DNA of 64,000 nucleotides from Candidatus Marinacidobacterales bacterium (GTDB lineage Bacteria; Acidobacteriota; Vicinamibacteria; Marinacidobacterales; SMYC01): NCBI GenBank assembly GCA_965247365.1, contig CBDFHB010000001.1, positions 408,739 to 472,738 of the forward strand, read 5' to 3'. Shown piece by piece: positions 59,001 to 64,000 of this stretch (position 1 is its first letter; each line of letters starts with the position of its first letter). The notes under the pieces were generated by a model. It saw only the letters and a program-made list of their open reading frames with translations, ran no database searches and was not told where the DNA came from. The position numbers and the translations under genes were made by a program.

Positions 59001-59184
59001 GACTCTCGACCTCTGCCGGGGCGGTGCCTTCGGACTCGGTCCGGACCGTGAGCGATGGATAAGTGATCTCGGGCAGGAGGTCGACCGCGAGGTCGCGAAA
59101 GGCGACGGCGCCGAAGACGACGGCGGCGATGAAGAACACGAGAATGGTGACGGGTCGCCGCGTGGAAAAATCGACGATGCGCAT
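56017..59184 (-). CDS. RND efflux transporter permease (AcrB/HAE family, 12 TM).
   Basis: MRIVDFSTRRPVTILVFFIAAVVFG...LPEITYP is a typical N-terminus; the protein is 1055 aa. Confidence 0.9.
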   Translation of the reverse strand: MRIVDFSTRRPVTILVFFIAAVVFGAVAFRDLAVDLLPEITYPSLTVRTESEGTAPAEVESLITKPIENAVGVVNNVVRVISSSRSDTSDVTLEFGWDTNMDMAALDVRERLDLIVLPEDADRPVLLRYDPSLDPIMRLGLYGDEDLIRLRLIGEQEVRRQLERVEGVAAVLVSGGLEEEIQIEIDERRLSSLGLSISQVVNRLAQENVNLTGGRLQEGSTEYLVRTINEFERPADMRRIVLDAARPDIRLEDVARITRGHKEREVISRINGRESVEIAVYKEGGTNTVTVAQAVRDRLDTLAERLERIGEGLELEVVADQSRYIRQSVSEVLQTAFIGGTLAILVLMLFLRDIKATVIIGISIPVSVVATFFMMYVFDVSLNIMSLGGITLGIGLLVDNSIVVLESIQRKREEGLGIVEAARQGPGEVGQAVIASTVTTVCVFVPIVFVEGIAGQLFGDQALTVTFSLTVSLLVALTLIPMLASREFGKTPRDDVAEHERSRIGLAAIAVASFIGLWMARLVKWTAKGLALLILAVLFLPSKLFNLVYGGLTRGYPQVQAVVLKRPVAVIAGTLLILAASLLLVGQLGSELVPQLVQGEFYVDTELPPGTHLELNSKQIELLEHAAADIDGISSIYAVVGTSNEQGGIAGELRENIGQISFTVAPPTSAEKEEALMDALRPALEAEENMLYRFGRPSYFSFKTPIEVEVRGFNLNLLTRLADELVSRMERKPGLVDIKSSTEGGNPELQIRFDRDRLASLGYNLGEAAAIVRSKILGDVATDITREDRTIDIRIRAEEQYRDSARDLRNLNIARGGTIPIPLSSVASVVEMEGPAEIRRSDGERVALITANLAGRDLASASADIEAQIGEMTLPMGFDWRMGGQQQEMETSFASMRFAIILAVFMVYLVMASQFESLLHPFVILFSVPFSLIGVLWTLYLFDVTVSVVVLIGVIMLAGIVVNNAIILVDTTNRLRREGARKIDALKQAGELRLRPILMTTSTTVLGLLPMAVGLGEGSELRAPMAITVIGGLLASTALTLLIIPAVYSILDPSA

Positions 59185-59199
59185 GATGGTGGCGACTCG

Positions 59200-60516
59200 C
59201 TACTGCTGTTGTTGCTGCCGACGACGGCGAATCGCCTCGTTGACCTGTTCCTCAGTCATGCCGCGATCGCGCATCCGAGATTTCACACGCTCGAGCTGCT
59301 CGGGAGTGAGCTCAGAGAAGTCCATCCCGCCCCGGCCTCCGCGTCGCCCTTCGAAGCCAGGCCCCTCCTTCGCGCGGCGTGCGGGCGGCGCGTCCGAAGC
59401 GCCGGGACCCTTCAGCACCTCGACGGGGGTCCCGTCGGTCAGACCGTCCTGGCCGACGACGATGACCCTCTCGCCCTCTTCGAGACCGGACAATACCTCG
59501 ACGGCATCACGCTCCTCATAGCCGAGCTCCACGTTTCTGCGCTCCGCCTGCCCCTCCTTCACGACGAAGACCGCGTCGCTCAAACTCTCGAGTGACAATG
59601 CGTTCTTGGGCATCACGAGTGCGTTCTCGTGAGTGTCGGTCTCGAGATAGACGCTCGCGAACATACCGGGGCTCAGCTTCTCCTTTGTGTAAACCTCTAG
59701 CGTCACCCGTATCGTGCCCGTCGTCGCATCGACGACGGGGCTGATACGAAGCACTTTCGCCTCGAAACGCTCTTCGGGCCATGCCTCGACGTTGATATGA
59801 GCGCTTTGACCCTTGCGAAGCCGCGAGAGCTCTTTTTCCGGCACCTGGATTCTGCACAGCAAGGGATCGAAATCCGTGATCCGAAAAAGGTTCTGATTAC
59901 TGGTCAGGTTCTCGGCGAGTTTCACGAAGCGGTCGACGACGATGCCGTCGAAGGGCGCGACGACTCTCGTATAGTCGTAGAGAATCTGTGCGCCTGCGAG
60001 ACACGCCTTCGCCGACTCGAGAGCGGTAAGCGCCTGGTCGTAGACCTCCTCGCTGATAATCTCGTTCTCGCGCGCGGCCTTGGCACGCGCATGAGCCCTG
60101 GAAGCGTCGTCGAGCTCAACTCTGGCAATCTCCACATCGGCGCGTCTCTCCGTGTCATCGATGCGGAGGAGAAGCTGACCTTCTTCGACACGCATCCCTT
60201 CCTCGATGGCCAGCTCGACGACCGGTCCCTGGGTTCTGGCCACGATGTTCACGTCGTTCTCCGCCTCGAGCGCTCCGTTGGTCTCGAGAAACGCCGAAAC
60301 GGAGCGTCGTGCGACGGCCTCGACCTCCACCGGAACCGCGGCGGCGCCCGTCTCGCCCGAAGGGCCTCCACCACCCCGCGGCGCGCCGCCTCTTGCATTG
60401 ACCCCGGCGTGGGCTCCTTCTCCTGGAGATCCGTCCGAGCTCTCACGTCCACAGCTGGCCGAGAAAACGAGAGAGCCAGAGAGGGCAGCGACCAAGAACG
60501 CATACTTCAATTGCAT
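59200..60516 (-). CDS. RND efflux membrane-fusion protein (HlyD family) with a lipoprotein signal and an unusual C-terminal tail carrying LTxxQ-like motifs and poly-Gln.
   Basis: MQLKYAFLVAALSGSLVFSASC; biotinyl-lipoyl, beta-barrel and MP domains; tail ...MDFSELTPEQLERVKSRMRDRGMTEEQVNEAIRRRRQQQQQ. Confidence 0.85.
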   Translation of the reverse strand: MQLKYAFLVAALSGSLVFSASCGRESSDGSPGEGAHAGVNARGGAPRGGGGPSGETGAAAVPVEVEAVARRSVSAFLETNGALEAENDVNIVARTQGPVVELAIEEGMRVEEGQLLLRIDDTERRADVEIARVELDDASRAHARAKAARENEIISEEVYDQALTALESAKACLAGAQILYDYTRVVAPFDGIVVDRFVKLAENLTSNQNLFRITDFDPLLCRIQVPEKELSRLRKGQSAHINVEAWPEERFEAKVLRISPVVDATTGTIRVTLEVYTKEKLSPGMFASVYLETDTHENALVMPKNALSLESLSDAVFVVKEGQAERRNVELGYEERDAVEVLSGLEEGERVIVVGQDGLTDGTPVEVLKGPGASDAPPARRAKEGPGFEGRRGGRGGMDFSELTPEQLERVKSRMRDRGMTEEQVNEAIRRRRQQQQQ

Positions 60517-60534
60517 ATTGTTTTCAGCATCCTG

Positions 60535-63500
60535 CTAAGCGGCTCGCACCGTCTTGCCGACGAAGCGCGCGCAGTCGTCGACGAGGGAATAGATCGTAGG
60601 AATGATGACGAGGGTCAGAAACGTGGATGTCGTGAGCCCGGCTAGGATCACGAGACCGACGGGAGCCCAGTTCGCGGCGCGCCCTTCGGCGTTGCCGAGC
60701 ACGCCCGGCAAGATTAGCGGTGCCACCATCGGGAACAGCCCCAGAATGGTCGTGAGCGCCGTCATGAGAATGGGGCGGAGGCGGTGCGTGCCGCCACGGA
60801 CAATCGCCTCGTCTCGGGCAACCCCCTGCCACCGCAAGTCGTTGATGTGAGCGATGAGCACGATGGCGTTGTTCACCACCACACCGACTAGAATGATGAG
60901 CCCCATATTGGCCATATTGTCGAGAGGCTGGCTCGTGAGCTTGAGCACCAATCCCACTCCGATGAAGGCAAAAGGGATCGAGAACATGATGGTGAAGGGC
61001 TGCACGAAGCTCTCGAACAAAGCGGCCATAATCAGGTAGATCAGCACCAGCGCCAGAAGGAAGGAGAACATGGCGCTCCCGAAATCCTGTTGAGCGAAAC
61101 GCGCCCGGCGCCCAAGGCTCCACTCGTAGCCGGGTGGCAGGCTGAGTCCGTTCATGATCTGGCCCACCTGTCCCATCATCCGGAACGACGCGCCCGCGGT
61201 ATTGGTATTAGCGGTAATCGAGAGCTTGGGTCGTTTGTTCTCACGCTCGATGGTCCGAGGCCCCTGCGCGACGTCGAAATCAACCATGGCGCCGATCGGC
61301 AGCGCCGCTTCGGTCGCGAAGACGGGGAGCTTCTTGAGCTGATCGAGCGTCTCCCGGTCTCGCTCTCGATATTGCACGACCAGATCGACCTCGCGATCGT
61401 CGGCCGCGACCTGGCTGATGGGACGCGACGAGAGCGCGCTCGAGATCGAGAAGGCGACCGCCTGGGTCGGTACACCCGACTGTAGTGCCCTCTCCCGCCG
61501 GACGGAGACGTGGATCTCATCCGAGCCGCTGTCGAGCGAGCTGTCGACGTCTTCTGCCCAGGACGTCTGCTCGAGAGCCGTGACGACGCGCTCCGCCACG
61601 AGCTCGAGCACCTCCATGTCCTCGCCCATGAGATCGACGTTGACACCGAAGCTGCCCCCTCCATGACCGTGACCGCTACTCTGGGCTATCTTGAAGCTGA
61701 CACCAGCCTTCTCAGGCAGGAGCGCCCGAAGCTCGTCCCGGATCTGCCGCGACGACTTCTTCGACTCGTTCTCGTTCAGAAGGTAAACGTCGAACCTGCT
61801 CGAGCCCCGGAAGCCGCCACGGGACCGCCCCCCCTGGCGAGAGTACCGATAGACGACGTCTGCGATCTCGAGATCCTCGCGATGCGCGTCCAATAGCCTC
61901 GCCACGTCCGTGAACAGCGTCTGGGTCTGCTCGAGCGAATAGGACCTAGGGGTATCGACGTTCACCGCGATCTGCCGCGCCATGCTCCTCGGCGTGAACG
62001 TGCGCTCGATCGTGCCGAGCAGATAGTACGAGCCGTAGAGCATGGCGACGATCCCCAGGAAGAAAGCGAAACGGTGCTTCAGGGTGAAACCGATCACGTA
62101 TCCGTAGCCGCGGGACAAGGCCTCCGTCAGTGGCGAGGCTCCCTTGCTCTCGCCTTCCAGAAGCATCGCGGCGACCATAGGCACCACCGTGAGCGCGACC
62201 AGGAGCGAGGAGACCATCACGATGCAGATCGTGATGCCGATGTCCGTCATGAAGCGCATGAACCCGCCGCCGGAAGCACCCACGAAGACCATCGGGATGA
62301 AGACGCACATGGTCGTCAAGGTCGAGGCGATGATGGGCATGGCGACCGCGCTCGTTCCCCTGAGCGCCGCGGTACGGGCGTCCTCCCCAAGGTCGGTGAA
62401 GTGGCGCGAGATCGACTCGATCACCACCACAGAGTTGTCGACCAACATGCCAACCGCGAGCATCATTCCCATCAAACTGATGATATTGATCGTCGTGGTG
62501 ACGACGCCCGCCTGCCTCAAGAAAAAGAGGATCACGAAGGTGACGATGATCGAGATCGGAATCGAGATGGCGACGAGCGCCGTCGTACGGACCTTCCTCA
62601 AGAACAGGAACAGGAACAGGACGGCGAGCACTCCACCGAGAAGCCCGGCATTGCGAAGCTGCCCCAGCCCCTCTCGCACGTCGACGGAGGAATCCTGGAG
62701 AACACGAGACGACAGCCCCTCCGCTCGAGGCGTGGCCTCGATTCGCGCGATCTCCTCCTTCACGCCGTCGACGACCGCGAGCAGATTGGCCGTCGAACCC
62801 TTGTAGACGGAAAGGGTCACGGCTTCATGGTCGTTCAGAACGTTGAACTGGTCCTGACGCGGGTAGGTATAGGCGACCTCCGCCACGTCCTCGACACGCA
62901 GACCCTTGTCGTTCAGCGGTAACTCGCGTACGTCTTCTACGCTGCGGAGCTCGCCGACGGATCGCACGACGAGCTTCCGCGCGCCCTCCTTGATATAGCC
63001 GCCGGAGATGTTGACGTGATTGTCCCGGAGCGCGGTCGAGACGTTGCGGACGTCGACTTGAAGCGCCTGCATCCTCGAGGGAACGAGCTGCACTTGAATC
63101 TCACGCTTGTTGACGCCGCGCACTTCGACGGAGGCGACTCCTTCGAGCCGCTCGAGACGGCGCACAACGACCTGCTCGATGAAGTCGTAAAGGCGATCTT
63201 TCCCCCAGTCCGCACTCAGGTGAAATCGAAACACCGGAATGTCCGAGCTCTGGAAACGTCGGATTCGAATCTGTCGCAGGTCGTCGGGAAGGAGGTGGCG
63301 GACTCGATCGATCCGGTCGCGAACCTCCACCACCGCGAGGTCCATGTCGGTGCCGTCTACGAACGAAATGTTGACGCTTCCCGAGTTGGCCGACGCCGTG
63401 GCGGTCAGAGTCTCGATTCCGTTGATCGTTCCGAGGATGTCCTCGAGCGGCCGCACGATGAGACGCTCCACCTCCTCCGGTGACGAGGAGTTATAGGGAG

Positions 63501-63660
63501 CGCTTACCCACATGCTCGAGGAGCTGAAGGTCGGTATGAACTCCAGCGGAAGTCTCTGGAGGGAGAGATAGCCGAGCACGAAGATCCCGAGAACCACCAT
63601 CGTCATCGTGACCCGGCGCTCGACGGCGAAACGGGCGATCGGATTAATGTGCCGGCGCAT
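60535..63660 (-). CDS. RND efflux transporter permease (second paralog).
   Basis: MRRHINPIARFAVERRVTMTMVVLGIFVLG...LPLEFIP; the protein is 1041 aa. Confidence 0.9.
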   Translation of the reverse strand: MRRHINPIARFAVERRVTMTMVVLGIFVLGYLSLQRLPLEFIPTFSSSSMWVSAPYNSSSPEEVERLIVRPLEDILGTINGIETLTATASANSGSVNISFVDGTDMDLAVVEVRDRIDRVRHLLPDDLRQIRIRRFQSSDIPVFRFHLSADWGKDRLYDFIEQVVVRRLERLEGVASVEVRGVNKREIQVQLVPSRMQALQVDVRNVSTALRDNHVNISGGYIKEGARKLVVRSVGELRSVEDVRELPLNDKGLRVEDVAEVAYTYPRQDQFNVLNDHEAVTLSVYKGSTANLLAVVDGVKEEIARIEATPRAEGLSSRVLQDSSVDVREGLGQLRNAGLLGGVLAVLFLFLFLRKVRTTALVAISIPISIIVTFVILFFLRQAGVVTTTINIISLMGMMLAVGMLVDNSVVVIESISRHFTDLGEDARTAALRGTSAVAMPIIASTLTTMCVFIPMVFVGASGGGFMRFMTDIGITICIVMVSSLLVALTVVPMVAAMLLEGESKGASPLTEALSRGYGYVIGFTLKHRFAFFLGIVAMLYGSYYLLGTIERTFTPRSMARQIAVNVDTPRSYSLEQTQTLFTDVARLLDAHREDLEIADVVYRYSRQGGRSRGGFRGSSRFDVYLLNENESKKSSRQIRDELRALLPEKAGVSFKIAQSSGHGHGGGSFGVNVDLMGEDMEVLELVAERVVTALEQTSWAEDVDSSLDSGSDEIHVSVRRERALQSGVPTQAVAFSISSALSSRPISQVAADDREVDLVVQYRERDRETLDQLKKLPVFATEAALPIGAMVDFDVAQGPRTIERENKRPKLSITANTNTAGASFRMMGQVGQIMNGLSLPPGYEWSLGRRARFAQQDFGSAMFSFLLALVLIYLIMAALFESFVQPFTIMFSIPFAFIGVGLVLKLTSQPLDNMANMGLIILVGVVVNNAIVLIAHINDLRWQGVARDEAIVRGGTHRLRPILMTALTTILGLFPMVAPLILPGVLGNAEGRAANWAPVGLVILAGLTTSTFLTLVIIPTIYSLVDDCARFVGKTVRAA

Positions 63661-63662
63661 CT

Positions 63663-64000
63663 CTAGTCGTCCTCGCCATCGCGATCCTTGCGCCGCGCGT
63701 CACGCTCGGCGAGCAAGTCGTCGAAACGCGTCGCCTGCTCCTCGGTCAAGACAGCCCGGATATCGCTTCGAAACTGTTGCCGCAGCGCATCGAACCTTTG
63801 GCGGGAGCCAGCCCAAAACTGGCGGGCACGCTCGTGATTGCCTTCCAGCACCCGTTCGATGTCTCGGGACTGCTCGGGGCCGAGAGCGAGCTCCTCCTCG
63901 AGTCGCGCGTGAAATCGGCTCCGCCGGTCCTTCCAGCGCTCGGCATGGTCGGACCCACTGGAGAGCACGGTCGGCACCAGCACGAAACGATCGACGAGCA
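63663..64000 (-). CDS. LTxxQ-motif periplasmic protein (CpxP/Spy/ZraP-like); the 5' end lies beyond the window edge.
   Basis: LTxxQ-type repeats (ELALGPEQSRDIE; AVLTEEQATRFDDL). The ORF is open to the end of the window. Confidence 0.55.
   Translation of the reverse strand, partial: LVDRFVLVPTVLSSGSDHAERWKDRRSRFHARLEEELALGPEQSRDIERVLEGNHERARQFWAGSRQRFDALRQQFRSDIRAVLTEEQATRFDDLLAERDARRKDRDGEDD

Noticed and set aside
1-64000. CRISPR arrays, IS elements or transposases, integrases, prophage genes, rRNA or tRNA genes.
   Set aside because: None were seen. The only tandem repeat is the 9-bp x5 unit at 27160-27204 (too short and unspaced for CRISPR). No ORF shows DDE, tyrosine-recombinase or serine-recombinase motifs, and no flanking direct repeats or tRNA-like integration targets were found.

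Overview
High-GC (~65%), gene-dense bacterial chromosomal segment with no rRNA, tRNA, CRISPR array or transposase/integrase that I can recognise. The gene content (many TonB/ExbBD and TonB-dependent receptor genes, sigma-54 activators, 2-oxoacid:ferredoxin oxidoreductase, RND efflux) suggests an Acidobacteriota-like Gram-negative organism, but that is inference. In order, the window contains: a tonB-tonB-exbB-exbD-exbD cluster; an OmpR-type two-component pair; rel (RelA/SpoT); an Mrp/ApbC Fe-S carrier fused to DUF59 and DUF971; a TonB-dependent receptor; korAB; a sigma-54 activator with an apparent homopolymer frameshift; Ku plus a stand-alone LigD-type ligase (minimal NHEJ); a tightly coupled OMP / GHMP-kinase / YjjX-ITPase / thymidine-kinase operon; a Dpp/Opp-like ABC operon (solute-binding protein plus two permeases, no ATPases) that encloses a 7TM-HD-GYP-GAF-GGDEF c-di-GMP protein and, in an 830-bp AT-rich gap, a Shine-Dalgarno-led 43-codon ORF encoded by a 9-bp tandem repeat; a hemX-like-hemA-hemC-hemD-hemL operon; an iscA/2Fe-2S/membrane/zinc-ribbon operon with a convergent Rrf2 regulator; a HAD / Lon-N / REC-histidine-kinase / sigma-54-regulator operon; a proteostasis neighbourhood (J-domain/TPR protein with a second homopolymer frameshift, clpB, dnaK with an AT-rich divergent promoter); kbl plus two uncharacterised proteins; queG; fprA; and an RND-MFP-RND efflux locus with LTxxQ (CpxP/Spy-like) elements. 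The most interesting candidates are the c-di-GMP enzyme embedded in the peptide-transporter operon together with the repeat-encoded micro-ORF, an orphan plus-strand intrinsic terminator upstream of the J-domain gene (possible sRNA), the two homopolymer frameshifts, and several uncharacterised operons. All coordinates and motifs were read by eye from the sequence and ORF track; no database search was run.
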